Below are positions 19,456 to 28,911 of a stretch of 64,000 bases of DNA, piece by piece (position 1 is the first letter of the stretch; each line of letters starts with the position of its first letter). A program made the position numbers and the translations under genes. Source of the stretch: Dehalococcoidia bacterium (GTDB taxonomy: Bacteria > Chloroflexota > Dehalococcoidia > SM23-28-2 > RBG-16-64-32); contig DATKDX010000047.1 of the NCBI GenBank assembly GCA_035512435.1, forward strand, positions 4,674-68,673, read 5' to 3'. The notes under the pieces are model-generated. The model ran no database searches. It saw nothing but the letters and a program-made list of their open reading frames with translations, and had not been told where the DNA came from.

Positions 19456-19865
19456 CCAACGAACGAACCGGCGACTTCAGCCCCGAGCGAAGCGAAACCC
19501 GCGAAAACTACGGCCGCCCCGGCGCCGCCACCGAAACCGCCGAGGCCCGCCAGGACTTCGACGAGCGCGAAGTCCCCTCCACTACCGGCGCCGACCAAGG
19601 CGAACTATTTCGACAGGCCAGCTACGACGAGTACGCCTCCCGCTGGGAACAAATCCAGGCCGACTTCGTCGACGATCCGCAGGCCACTGTCGCCAGGGCG
19701 GACGCCCTCGTCAGTGACGTCATCAACGACCTTACCCAGACCTTTGAGAGCGAGCGCAACTCACTGGAGAACCAATGGAGCCAGGACGCGGAGGCTAACA
19801 CTGAAGACCTCCGCATAGCCCTCCAGCGCTACCGCTCGTTCTTCCAGCGGCTACTCAGTCGCTAA
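19452..19865 (+). CDS. Hypothetical soluble protein, paralog of the C-domain of 18895..19455
   Basis: YDEYASRWEQIQADFVDDP...TEDLRIALQRYRSFFQRLL. Start overlaps the upstream stop (ATGA), which suggests translational coupling. Confidence 0.6.
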   Translation: MTNERTGDFSPERSETRENYGRPGAATETAEARQDFDEREVPSTTGADQGELFRQASYDEYASRWEQIQADFVDDPQATVARADALVSDVINDLTQTFESERNSLENQWSQDAEANTEDLRIALQRYRSFFQRLLSR

Positions 19866-19883
19866 TCACTGAAGGTATTACGC

Positions 19884-20021
19884 ATGCAGATTACTCACAA
19901 ACGTCCAACCAAAGGCACCCGAGCGATCACCAAACTCCGCGAGTCGGTCGGTTGGGTCCTCGGCTCAGCGCTCGTCCTTTACATCTGGCTAGCCGCGGCC
20001 CTCGGCCTGATCGTCGGCTAA
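19884..20021 (+). CDS. Possible small (45 aa) membrane protein
   Basis: ATG...TAA ORF MQITHKRPTKGTRAITKLRESVGWVLGSALVLYIWLAAALGLIVG with one hydrophobic helix. Below the ORF-track length cut-off; speculative. Confidence 0.25.
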   Translation: MQITHKRPTKGTRAITKLRESVGWVLGSALVLYIWLAAALGLIVG

Positions 20022-20091
20022 CCACCCCATCACCGCAAGGAGCAAGGAGCGCAGCACCTGCTGCGCCTCTTCCGACGTCTCGCCCCATGTC

Positions 20092-20439
20092 TCACACACT
20101 CAGTCCCGCCTGCATGAATATCCCGTTATGAATGAAGAAGCTCCTCACCACGTTCCCGGCCTTCACCTGCTCCCGCGCCGTAACACGCGCTGAAGCTTGG
20201 AACTCGGCAATCTTCTCGTTGTACTCCCGTCGCGCCTTGATGCGGATGCGCTTGCCGCTCTCCACCACACGTGTGCACTCTGCGATCATCGTGTCAGGGT
20301 CTGTCCCGGCGAAGTCGCAGAATCCACCTAACGTCTCCAGCCGCGTCGCCATATCGGGCTCCTCGCCCCACTGCTCCTTCAGGCCGTCCCGCCACGTCCG
20401 AACGCTTTCGTATTCGCCGATGGGCTTGTCGAACGCCAC
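20092..20439 (-). CDS. Hypothetical protein (115 aa), co-transcribed with the nitroreductase
   Basis: ORF abuts the nitroreductase stop (1-nt overlap). No recognisable motifs. Confidence 0.45.
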   Translation of the reverse strand: MAFDKPIGEYESVRTWRDGLKEQWGEEPDMATRLETLGGFCDFAGTDPDTMIAECTRVVESGKRIRIKARREYNEKIAEFQASARVTAREQVKAGNVVRSFFIHNGIFMQAGLSV

Positions 20440-21224
20440 TATTCCGGCAGCCCCAGTTCGTCCGTCAGCCGCCGGATTTCGTCCTTGCGGTCCGGAAGCG
20501 GCGCCGGCGCCGTGATCATCTTCGCCGCCTTCAGCTTCTCCACCACCTCCGGGTCGCGCTTGAAGGGCGTGCCATACTCGCCCTCGAAATACAGCTCCTC
20601 AAAGTCAGGCCTCGGTCGCTGTCCTCCGGCCTCCCACGACTCCGCCGGGTACCCCACCAGCATCACCCACATCGAAACCCAGTCGTCCGGCACCCCGAAC
20701 ACCTGCTTCGTCAGCACCGGGTTCGGCGTGTTCAGGCACGCACCCAAGCCCTCGTCGAACGCGGCCAGTAGCGCGTTCTGCGCCGCCCCGCCCGCGTCCG
20801 CGAACGCCGCTGGCACATACCCTTCGAGGTTCTTCGTCATCGGCTCCAGGATCTGCGGGTATACGAAGTCGTCCACGAACTTGTGGCTCCACCCGTGGGC
20901 CGGCGCCAGCGCGCCCACGTCTACCAGCTCTTTGAGCCGCGACCCCTTAATACGGTTAACGACCCCCAGGTCCACGAAAAAGTAGATGTGCACCGGCGCC
21001 AGGTCCAGCGTCAGAGCCGCCACCGGCGTCTTCAGCTGGTTCAGCTTCTCCGCCGGAATCTTATCCCGCTCCACCACGATTGCCCTCAGCCAGTGCGCGT
21101 TCACCGCGCACGAAGCAAGGCGTGCCGTTTCGAGGATCGTCTGTATTTTCTCCCGCTCCACCGGCCGGTCCGGGTCGAAAAAGCGAATCGACCGCCTTCT
21201 GCCAACGACTTCCTTGAACTCCAT
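20439..21224 (-). CDS. Nitroreductase-family flavoprotein
   Basis: N-terminal RRSIRFF motif and overall nitroreductase-like pattern. Confidence 0.7.
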   Translation of the reverse strand: MEFKEVVGRRRSIRFFDPDRPVEREKIQTILETARLASCAVNAHWLRAIVVERDKIPAEKLNQLKTPVAALTLDLAPVHIYFFVDLGVVNRIKGSRLKELVDVGALAPAHGWSHKFVDDFVYPQILEPMTKNLEGYVPAAFADAGGAAQNALLAAFDEGLGACLNTPNPVLTKQVFGVPDDWVSMWVMLVGYPAESWEAGGQRPRPDFEELYFEGEYGTPFKRDPEVVEKLKAAKMITAPAPLPDRKDEIRRLTDELGLPE

Positions 21225-21380
21225 GGGGCCTCCTTCTCGGCGTGCGTGCTCTCTAACGAGATTCTGACCAGACTATACGCCACCAGCGCATCTGGATTGC
21301 TACTCTTTATTAGGGCAATAATATACTTGACTCAGTAGACTAGGTGCGGTATTGTATCTGTGGAGATAGGAGATACCGCC

Positions 21381-22328
21381 ATGAAAACACCGTCCACTCT
21401 CATCGAAGCCATCCGCTACCTGAGCGATCCCGACGTATGTTTGGAGTTCGTCGCGGCACTCCGCTGGCCTGACGGCAAGGCAATTTGCCCTGGTTGCGGC
21501 AGCGAAGACGTGCGGTTTATCTCCACGCGGCGACTGTGGGAATGCAAGACCAAGCACCCCAAGCGCCAGTTCTCCGTCAAGGTCGGCACTATCTTTGAGG
21601 ACTCGCCCATCGGCCTCGATAAGTGGCTCGCCGCCATCTGGATGATTGCCAACGCTAAGAACGGTGTCAGTTCCTACGAACTCCACCGCGCCATCGGCGT
21701 TACTCAGAAAACCGCTTGGTTCATGCTTCACCGCATCCGGCTCGCCATGCAGTCTGACACCTTTGACAGACTCAATGGCACCGTTGAAGTCGATGAGACA
21801 TTCATCGGCGGCGCTGCCCGCTTCATGCACAAGAGCCGCAGGGAGCGCAAGATCAAGGGTACCGGCGGCATGGGTAAGACCGCCGTCATGGGCCTTTTGG
21901 AGCGACACGGCCCCGATGGTCACTCCCGCGTCCGCGCCAAGATTGTGCGCGGCACCCGCCGTGGTGACCTCGTTCCCGAAATCCGGCAGGCCGTGGACAA
22001 AGACGCCGAAGTCATCACCGACAACTACCGCTCCTACTTCCACGTCCGCGATGAGTTCAAGCACCACGTCATCGACCACGCCGAGAAGTACGTCGATGGT
22101 CAGGTTCACACCAACGGCATCGAGAACTTTTGGAGCCTCTTGAAGCGGGCCATTAAGGGTACCTACGTCGCCGTTGAGCCGTTCCACTTGTTCCGCTACA
22201 TTGACGAAGAAGTGCTGCGCTTCAACACCCGCTAAGGCTCCCGACGGCACCCGCTTCGCCTACGTTGCTAGCGGCATCGTCGGTAAGCGACTGACCTACG
22301 CCGAGTTGATTGGCCGTGCTACGACGCC
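21381..22328 (+). pseudogene. IS1595-family transposase (Zn-ribbon + ISXO2-like DDE domain), interrupted by a +1 frameshift near 22232
   Basis: N-terminus CPGCGSEDVRF...WECKTKH (zinc ribbon), then DDE-type core ending ...EPFHLFRYIDEEVLRFNTR with a stop at 22233-22235. The conserved transposase C-terminus KAPDGTRFAYVASGIVGKRLTYAELIGRATTPA continues in the +1 frame to 22328; removing one t in cgcTaag restores one ORF. RBS ggagatagga upstream of the ATG at 21381. Confidence 0.7.
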
Positions 22329-22464
22329 AGCGTAAGAAAGGCAGGCTCCCGCATGGAGAAAGACCGTCAAGAACCAAAGACGAAACCCAAGGCCGCCTTC
22401 CGGAAGTTTGAGGCGCTCGCAAAGAAGATCGTGCGCGTTCCCAAGGACCAGGCGAGAGACAGCG

Positions 22465-22725
22465 ATGCAAGGCGAACTCCTCAACGGAGTCCTTAAGTCG
22501 CTGGCGTTCTATGCCGCGTTGGGCCTGATCGCGCTGGGAGTCTGGTATTTCTATGGGCGCAACGTTAGCGATGAGAGTACAGCGGTTGCACCGACCAATA
22601 GACCGTTCGTGTGCGAGGAGCGCATGCCGGCCATCGTCTGCGAACACATCGATGACAATGTCTGTGTAGACGCCTACATCACCCACGGAATCCGAGGAGA
22701 CGACCTGGAGTTCTTCTGTCGCTAG
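22465..22725 (+). CDS. Possible small membrane protein inside the IS element
   Basis: ORF MQGELLNGVLKSLAFYAALGLIALGVWYFYG...; no homology evidence. Confidence 0.25.
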   Translation: MQGELLNGVLKSLAFYAALGLIALGVWYFYGRNVSDESTAVAPTNRPFVCEERMPAIVCEHIDDNVCVDAYITHGIRGDDLEFFCR

Positions 22726-22739
22726 CACGGATAAAATGC

Positions 22740-23606
22740 TCATCCTAAGTCAAGCCCGGCCTCACGATGTAGGGCAACGGTGTTGTCAATCACACCTTGT
22801 AGCTCCTCACCATAGAAGTACCGCACACTGACGTTCTTGCGGCCCCCCAACTGATCGTCCCACCCGCCAGCGGTGATAGGCGCCTGGTTTCCAACAGTAA
22901 TTCGGCTGGTTACCTTGCGCATCCTCACAGCGAGCAGATCGGCCGCCTGAAGCGGGGGATACTTTTCTTTGTCAGCGTCAAGCGTGATTGTGCCGAGGCG
23001 ACCATGGATGTCGTCTTGTTCCTTGGCCCACTCGAACATCTCCAGAGCGCGGGACTTAAACTGCAACTGGCGATCAAACACAAACGCGATTTGCTCACCT
23101 TCGGGATATGGGCCTTCGATAGTGGACTCAATATCCGTTAAGACGCAATCAAAGAAGAATTTGAAGCAAAAGTAGAATGGATGCTGCGCATAAGCCTTCA
23201 GCCAGTCAGGGGTGAGCCGGTTATAGTCCTGAACGTTCACGTATGCGCCTATTCCAAGGATGGTGTTGTCACGAGCTATGGGGATCAGGTCTTGTATGAA
23301 CCTCTCGCGCTTCTTACCCGACCACTTGTAGTAGATCCAAGTGGGATCGTCGGTGCGATGGCTGGCATTGAAGTCGGCGTAATGAAAAACCTTGACGCCA
23401 TACGCCTTTAGCTTTGCCTGCCACTCTCGCTCGTAGGTGTCCCACTTATCTTTCCAGCCCAGCCACCCGGCGACACCTACAACGTCCGAGCCAGGTTGCG
23501 TGCCCGTCTTATCATGGCTCCCTGACTCATCTACGTAGCAGACTAGACTCACTATGAACCTCTCACGAATGATGTCGGCAAGCCTCATCGGGCACCGCCT
23601 GACCAA
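22740..23606 (-). CDS. DUF3800-family protein (passenger gene of the IS element)
   Basis: N-terminal ...VCYVDESGSHDK (the DESG motif characteristic of DUF3800) and C-terminal PLQAADLLAV. Lies between the transposase and the right IR, inside the lower-GC interior. Confidence 0.55.
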   Translation of the reverse strand: MVRRCPMRLADIIRERFIVSLVCYVDESGSHDKTGTQPGSDVVGVAGWLGWKDKWDTYEREWQAKLKAYGVKVFHYADFNASHRTDDPTWIYYKWSGKKRERFIQDLIPIARDNTILGIGAYVNVQDYNRLTPDWLKAYAQHPFYFCFKFFFDCVLTDIESTIEGPYPEGEQIAFVFDRQLQFKSRALEMFEWAKEQDDIHGRLGTITLDADKEKYPPLQAADLLAVRMRKVTSRITVGNQAPITAGGWDDQLGGRKNVSVRYFYGEELQGVIDNTVALHREAGLDLG

Positions 23607-23872
23607 TCATCCCTTGACCCACTTACTGAGTCAAGTATATTGTCACCTTTATTAGGATAGCGAGCGCTGGAAAGTCAACGCGCAATAATAGAAACCTAAT
23701 TCGGTATTACTTGTTGCAGAATGACTTGACTTAATTCAAACTTCGTCCTAAACTAGACCTCAACCTGAAACCCCGCAAGTTAAGGTCCGGAGAAGGAACC
23801 GTTAAGGAGCCGTCAAGGGACCCGGGTTTCAGAGGCGAACCGTCGTGCTAGAGCCCAAAAGGGGAGGGGTAC

Positions 23873-24484
23873 ATGCCACGGTCTACCTCTGTAGACATCG
23901 CGAACGAACCGCAACCGGCGGAACAGCTCATCGCTAGAGCGGCAAGGGGAGACCGCGAAGCGTTCGGGCAACTTTACGAGGAGCACGCACTCCGAGTCTT
24001 CCGCCACGCCTATTTCCTCACCCAGGACCCGTTCCTCGCTGAGGACCTCACCGCGCAAACATTCCTCAAAGCGCTCGAGGCTATCCCGCGCTATGAGGAC
24101 CGCGGCGTTCCGTTCATCGCCTGGTTGCTCCGGATCACCGGCAACCTCACCATCAACTACAAGAAGGCGCAGAAGAACGGATACCACGCCCAGCTGCCCG
24201 ACTCGCTCATCGACGACGACCGCTTCACCTCACCGGAGAAGACCGCCGAGGCCAATAGCGACGGCGAACGCCTATGGCGATTCGTCCAGAAGCTTCCGTT
24301 TGAGCAGCGCCAGGTCATCGTCATGCGTTTCATAGACGACCTCCCATACACGGAAGTCGCCGATGTGCTCGGCAAGAGTGTCGGCGCCGTCCGCGTCATC
24401 CAGTTCCGCGCGCTCGCCTCTCTCCGGCGCATGGTTCAGAACGCCGACCGCGAGCTGGCATACGCAGTCGCCCAGGCAAGCTAG
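23873..24484 (+). CDS. ECF-type RNA polymerase sigma-70 factor
   Basis: Region 2 (LIARAARGDREAFGQLYEEHALRVFRHAYFLTQDPFLAEDLTAQTFLKALEAIPRYEDRGVPFIAWLLRITGN) and region 4 (LPFEQRQVIVMRFIDDLPYTEVADVLGKSVGAVRVIQFRALASLR). RBS gggaggggt upstream. Confidence 0.85.
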   Translation: MPRSTSVDIANEPQPAEQLIARAARGDREAFGQLYEEHALRVFRHAYFLTQDPFLAEDLTAQTFLKALEAIPRYEDRGVPFIAWLLRITGNLTINYKKAQKNGYHAQLPDSLIDDDRFTSPEKTAEANSDGERLWRFVQKLPFEQRQVIVMRFIDDLPYTEVADVLGKSVGAVRVIQFRALASLRRMVQNADRELAYAVAQAS

Positions 24485-24605
24485 GCAACCCAGAGGCTCC
24501 TTCCGACTGCAATCCAGCCGAGAGCTTCCGTTTGGCCCTATCTGGCGGCGCTGGCTATACTGGACGTTAGACGCCGAGAACACTTCTACGAAGGAGCCAG
24601 CCCTT

Positions 24606-25622
24606 ATGTCCCTCCGCATCGGTATCAACGGCTTCGGCCGCATCGGCCGGCAAGTCTACAAGGCCATGCACGACTTCCACGCGGATAAGCTCGAAGTCGT
24701 TGCAGTCAACGATCTCACTTCCCCTGCCACCAACGCCCATCTCCTCAAGTATGACAGCGTCTACGGCCGCTGTCCGGGCGAAATCTCCGCCACCGACAAC
24801 TCAATCACCGTCGACGGCAAGTCCATCAAGGTTTTCGCCGAGCGCGATCCCGCTGCGATCCCATGGAGCGCCGAGGGCATCGACCTCGTCGTCGAGTCCA
24901 CCGGCATCTTCACCGACGCCACCAAGGCCCGGGCCCACATCGACGGCGGCGGCGCCAAGAAAGTCATCATTAGCGCCCCCGCCAAGAACGAAGACCTGAC
25001 CGTCGTCCTTGGCGTCAACGACCACAACTACGACCCCACTCAGCACAACGTTATTTCCAACGCCTCCTGCACGACAAATTGCATTGCGCCTGTCGTCAAG
25101 GTCATCCACGAAGCCTTCGGCGTCGAAAAGGGCTTCATGACCACGATCCACTCCATCACCAACGACCAAGTCATCCTCGACACCGTGCACAGCGACCTGC
25201 GCCGCGCCCGCACTGCTAGCCAGAACATTATCCCCACCACCACTGGCGCCGCCAAAGCCGTCACGCTCGTCATGCCCGAACTCAAGGGCCGCCTTGACGG
25301 CATGGCGTTCCGCGTGCCGACGGTCACCGTCTCCGTCTGCGACTTCGTGGCCCAAACGAGCAAGCCGGCAACGCCGGAAGCCATCAACGAGGCCTTCAAG
25401 GACGCGGCCACAGAGTCGCTCCGGGGCATCCTGGGTTACTGCGACGAGCCGCTGGTATCCAGCGACTTCAGCGGCGACCCCCGTAGCTCCATCTTCGACT
25501 CGCTGAGCACGCTGGTGCTGGACGGCAACCTCGTCAAGGCGGTGTCCTGGTACGACAACGAGTGGGGCTACTCCTGCCGAGTCGCCGACCTCGCTGCCAT
25601 GATGGCCGATCGCGGCTTCTAA
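24606..25622 (+). CDS. gap: Glyceraldehyde-3-phosphate dehydrogenase
   Basis: MSLRIGINGFGRIGRQVYKA..., active-site SNASCTTNCIAPV, 338 aa. Confidence 0.95.
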   Translation: MSLRIGINGFGRIGRQVYKAMHDFHADKLEVVAVNDLTSPATNAHLLKYDSVYGRCPGEISATDNSITVDGKSIKVFAERDPAAIPWSAEGIDLVVESTGIFTDATKARAHIDGGGAKKVIISAPAKNEDLTVVLGVNDHNYDPTQHNVISNASCTTNCIAPVVKVIHEAFGVEKGFMTTIHSITNDQVILDTVHSDLRRARTASQNIIPTTTGAAKAVTLVMPELKGRLDGMAFRVPTVTVSVCDFVAQTSKPATPEAINEAFKDAATESLRGILGYCDEPLVSSDFSGDPRSSIFDSLSTLVLDGNLVKAVSWYDNEWGYSCRVADLAAMMADRGF

Positions 25623-25638
25623 CCATTGCATCTCGGAC

Positions 25639-26667
25639 TTGAATGAGCGGCTGATGTTTGTAAATCTGGTAACGATGTTTGCGCGTAACCCGTTCGTGCA
25701 AACCCGGACCCGGACCCTAATAATCGTAGCGATCACTACAATCGCGCTGCTCGCCGCGTGCGGCGGCGACGATGATGGTGGCTCCACGCCGAACAACGTC
25801 CGCACGCCCATCACTGCCGACCTCCTACCCACGGTCATATCGTCTGACCTGGCGGTCGGAGAAAACCGCTTCTCGCTCGGCCTGCTGGACCAGACAGCGG
25901 AGGGCGACCCCGTCGTCACCGGCGCCGACCTGCACCTCCGATTCTTCCTCGTCGACGAGGCTGGTGAGGGCACGCTCGAGTTCGAGGCGGATCCAGAGCC
26001 GATCGTTATCGACCGCTTTTCCACTCACCTGCACGACGACGGAACTGTCCATGTCCATGAAGCCGGCGAGACCGGTGCTTACGTCGCCTACGTTGACTTC
26101 GACACCGCCGGCGACTGGGGCGTCGAGGTTACGGGCGCCACCCCCGGAGGCGAGGACTTAGAGCCGGTGCGGCTCTCCTTCAACGTGCTGGAGGAGCACT
26201 TCGGGCTGGCGGTCGGCGATCCGGCACCCCCCACGGTCCAGACGATTCTGTCGGACGTGATCGACATCGCGGAGATCGACACGTCAGAGGTGCCTATCCC
26301 GGAACAGCACGACATGACGATCGCCGACGCCGTCGCCTCCGGCCGCCCCACTGTCGTCGCCATCGTCACACCTGCTTTCTGCCAGACGGTAATCTGTGGG
26401 CCGATCAAGGAGTTGTTCGACGACCTCTACGAAGAGCACAGGGATGAGGCCAACTTCATCCACGTCGAGCCGTATGACGTCGAGTGCGCCCGCAGCGGCG
26501 AGTTTCAGACGCTGTTTGACTGCGCCAACCCGATCGTCGAGGAGTGGGGGCTGCGCAGCGAGCCCTGGGTCTACATCATCGACTCAGACGGCGTCATCGC
26601 GGCCGCATTCGACGGCATCGCCAGCCTGGAAGAGATGCAGGCGGCGCTGGACGAAGTGCTGGCTTAG
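25639..26667 (+). CDS. Hypothetical lipoprotein (possible thioredoxin-like C-terminal region)
   Basis: Lipobox LLAAC|GGDDDGG. C-terminal TPAFCQTVICGPIKELF (CxxxxC) is only weakly suggestive of a redox fold. Confidence 0.45.
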   Translation: MNERLMFVNLVTMFARNPFVQTRTRTLIIVAITTIALLAACGGDDDGGSTPNNVRTPITADLLPTVISSDLAVGENRFSLGLLDQTAEGDPVVTGADLHLRFFLVDEAGEGTLEFEADPEPIVIDRFSTHLHDDGTVHVHEAGETGAYVAYVDFDTAGDWGVEVTGATPGGEDLEPVRLSFNVLEEHFGLAVGDPAPPTVQTILSDVIDIAEIDTSEVPIPEQHDMTIADAVASGRPTVVAIVTPAFCQTVICGPIKELFDDLYEEHRDEANFIHVEPYDVECARSGEFQTLFDCANPIVEEWGLRSEPWVYIIDSDGVIAAAFDGIASLEEMQAALDEVLA

Positions 26668-26777
26668 AAAGCGTGAGCTCAACACGGACCGTACCCGGCT
26701 TGACCTGTGCCCTCGAACCTACTCCCTGACAAACTAGCCCCTGCACGCCCACTCGCGTAAAATAACCATTTGTAGCC

Positions 26778-28112
26778 ATGTTTGACACACTTTCCGACAA
26801 ACTGCAGGGCGTTTTCCGCAAGCTAGGCGGCCACGGCACCGTCACCGAGAAGGACCTTGACGAAGCCCTTCGTGAGGTGCGGCTGGCGCTGCTGGAAGCC
26901 GACGTCAACTACAAAGTCGTCAAGGACTTCGTAGCGGCAGTCCACGAAGAGGCGCTCGGCACGGAGGTGCTGAAGAGCCTGACGCCGATGCAGCAGATCA
27001 TCGACGTCGTCAATCATCAGCTCGTGAAGCTTCTAGGCGGCGAGACGCAGGCCAAGCTCGGCCGCGGCAAGCAGCCACCCACCGTCGTCATGCTTGTCGG
27101 CCTGAAGGGCTCCGGGAAGACCACCACGACCGCCAAGCTGGGCCTCCACCTCCGCCGGAGCGGCGAGCGCCCGATCCTCGTCGGCGCCGACCCGGAGCGC
27201 GTTGCCGCCGGCGAACAACTACAGTCGCTCGGCAAGCAGCTCAGCATGCCCGTCGTCACGGGCAGCGCCGGTGACAAGCCCGTCGACATGGCGAAGCGCG
27301 GCATGGAGCAGGCGAAGAACACCAGCGCCTCATATGTCCTCGTTGACACCGTCGGCCACACGACGATGGACGACGAAGACAAGAAGACGCTGCGCGACCT
27401 ACAAAAGCTCCTGGAGCCGACAGAAGTCCTGCTCGTCGCTGACGCGATGACAGGACAGGAGGCCGTCAATGCGGCAGAGCAGTTCAACGAGACGATACCG
27501 CTAACCGGCCTCATCCTGACCAAGGTTGACGGCGACGCGCGCGGCGGCGCGGCGCTCTCCATCCGCGCCGTCACCGGCATTCCAATCAAGTTCTTCGGCA
27601 TCGGCGAAAAGGCCGACGCCCTCGAGCCCTTCTACCCCGACCGCTTCGCCTCCCGGATCCTCGGCATGGGCGACATGCTCAGTCTCATCGAAAAGGCCAA
27701 GGAGCAGATAACCGACGAGGAGGCCGAGTCCCTCACAGTCCGCATGAAGAAGGGTGAACTCACCCTCGACGACTTTCTCCAGCAGTATCAGCGCCTCAAG
27801 AACATGGGCCCCATCTCAAATTTGTTGAGCATGGTCCCGGGCCTCTCACAGATCAAGAAACAGCTAAACACCGACGAAATGGACGAAAGCTACTTCAAGA
27901 AGGTAGAGGCCATCATTTACTCTATGACACTGAAGGAACGCGCCAACCCGGACATCATTGATGGCAGCCGGCGCAGGCGCATCGCGGCAGGCAGCGGGAC
28001 GCAGCCGCAGGACATTAACCAGGTCATCAAACAATTCAAAGAAGCCAAGAAGATCATGCAACAGATTAGCTCCGGCAAGGGCCCTAACCTGGCGTCGGTG
28101 CTCCGCGGATGA
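26778..28112 (+). CDS. ffh: Signal recognition particle protein Ffh
   Basis: N-domain, G-domain GLKGSGKTTTTAKL, DTVGHT, and M-domain with a Met-rich region; 444 aa. Confidence 0.95.
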   Translation: MFDTLSDKLQGVFRKLGGHGTVTEKDLDEALREVRLALLEADVNYKVVKDFVAAVHEEALGTEVLKSLTPMQQIIDVVNHQLVKLLGGETQAKLGRGKQPPTVVMLVGLKGSGKTTTTAKLGLHLRRSGERPILVGADPERVAAGEQLQSLGKQLSMPVVTGSAGDKPVDMAKRGMEQAKNTSASYVLVDTVGHTTMDDEDKKTLRDLQKLLEPTEVLLVADAMTGQEAVNAAEQFNETIPLTGLILTKVDGDARGGAALSIRAVTGIPIKFFGIGEKADALEPFYPDRFASRILGMGDMLSLIEKAKEQITDEEAESLTVRMKKGELTLDDFLQQYQRLKNMGPISNLLSMVPGLSQIKKQLNTDEMDESYFKKVEAIIYSMTLKERANPDIIDGSRRRRIAAGSGTQPQDINQVIKQFKEAKKIMQQISSGKGPNLASVLRG

Positions 28113-28134
28113 TCCAGGCACACGGAGGTTAGCC

Positions 28135-28887
28135 TTGCTACGCATACGTCTCTCACGAGTAGGAAAGAAAAAGCAGCCGCACTATCGCATCGTGGTCACC
28201 GACCAGCGCAACCCGCGCGAAGGCGCCCACCTCGAAGTCATCGGGCACTACGACCCGCTCGCCAACCCGGCCAACCTCGTCATTAAGGAGGAGCGCGCCA
28301 TTCACTGGCTGAAGGTCGGCGCCCAGCCCTCCGACGCCGCCGCCAAGATCCTGACCAAGGCCGGCATCATGGAACAGGCCGGCGTCCAGCCATTCGTCTA
28401 CGTCGGCAAGCAGATGCCCAAGGGCTCCAAGAACCCCCGCAAGGGTGGCGGCGAAGAAGCCGCAGCCCCGGCTCCTGTAGCCGCCGCAACCTCCGCCGCG
28501 CCTGCCGCTTCCGCCGAGGCGCCCGCACCCGAAGCCGCCGCCGAGGCGCCCGCACCCGAAGCCGCCGCCGAAGCACCCGCGCCTGGAGCCGCCCAAGCAC
28601 CTGCGTCCGAAGAACCTGCGTCCGAAGCACCAACCGCCGCGGACCCGGCTGTCGCCGAGGCAACTGCCGAAGAACCAGCGCCAGAAGCCGCCGCCGAAGA
28701 GCCAGCCGCCGAGACCGCCGAAGAGCCAGCGGCTGAGGCGACAGCCGAGGAAGCGCCCGCAGCTGAAGAGCCAGCCGCCGAGGCGCCTGCCGAAGAACCA
28801 GCCTCCGAGGCGGCTTCCGAAAAAGCACCAGCCGAAGAGCCCGCGGCCGAGGAAGCCGCACCTGCGGAAGACACCGAAACCACCTAA
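28135..28887 (+). CDS. rpsP: 30S ribosomal protein S16 with ~160-aa Ala/Glu/Pro-rich acidic C-terminal extension
   Basis: TTG start 7 nt after GGAGG. LRIRLSRVGKKKQPHYRIVVTDQRNPREGAHLEVIGHYDP is the canonical S16 core (~85 aa), followed by ([10 protein letters not shown])n-like low complexity to 250 aa. Confidence 0.85.
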   Translation: MLRIRLSRVGKKKQPHYRIVVTDQRNPREGAHLEVIGHYDPLANPANLVIKEERAIHWLKVGAQPSDAAAKILTKAGIMEQAGVQPFVYVGKQMPKGSKNPRKGGGEEAAAPAPVAAATSAAPAASAEAPAPEAAAEAPAPEAAAEAPAPGAAQAPASEEPASEAPTAADPAVAEATAEEPAPEAAAEEPAAETAEEPAAEATAEEAPAAEEPAAEAPAEEPASEAASEKAPAEEPAAEEAAPAEDTETT

Positions 28888-28911
28888 TCACCCCTACGGG
28901 AGACCCGCACA

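Larger units (their letters stand above)
21314..23648 (+). mobile_element. IS1595-family (ISXO2-like) insertion element, ~2.33 kb, carrying a frameshifted transposase and a DUF3800 passenger gene
   Basis: Perfect 18-bp terminal inverted repeats aatatacttgactcagta (21319-21336) and tactgagtcaagtatatt (23624-23641). 8-bp direct repeat ttattagg at 21306-21313 and 23649-23656, consistent with a target-site duplication. Transposase with Zn-ribbon plus DDE domain. Interior is visibly lower in GC than the flanks. Confidence 0.7.

Noticed and set aside
22222-22743. 173-aa minus-strand ORF inside the IS element
   Set aside because: It overlaps the frameshifted transposase C-terminus and small + ORFs, and has no recognisable motif or start signal. 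It is likely spurious.
24801-26024. 407-aa minus-strand ORF overlapping gap and the downstream lipoprotein gene
   Set aside because: It is antisense to glyceraldehyde-3-phosphate dehydrogenase, which is unambiguous, and is a GC-driven spurious frame.
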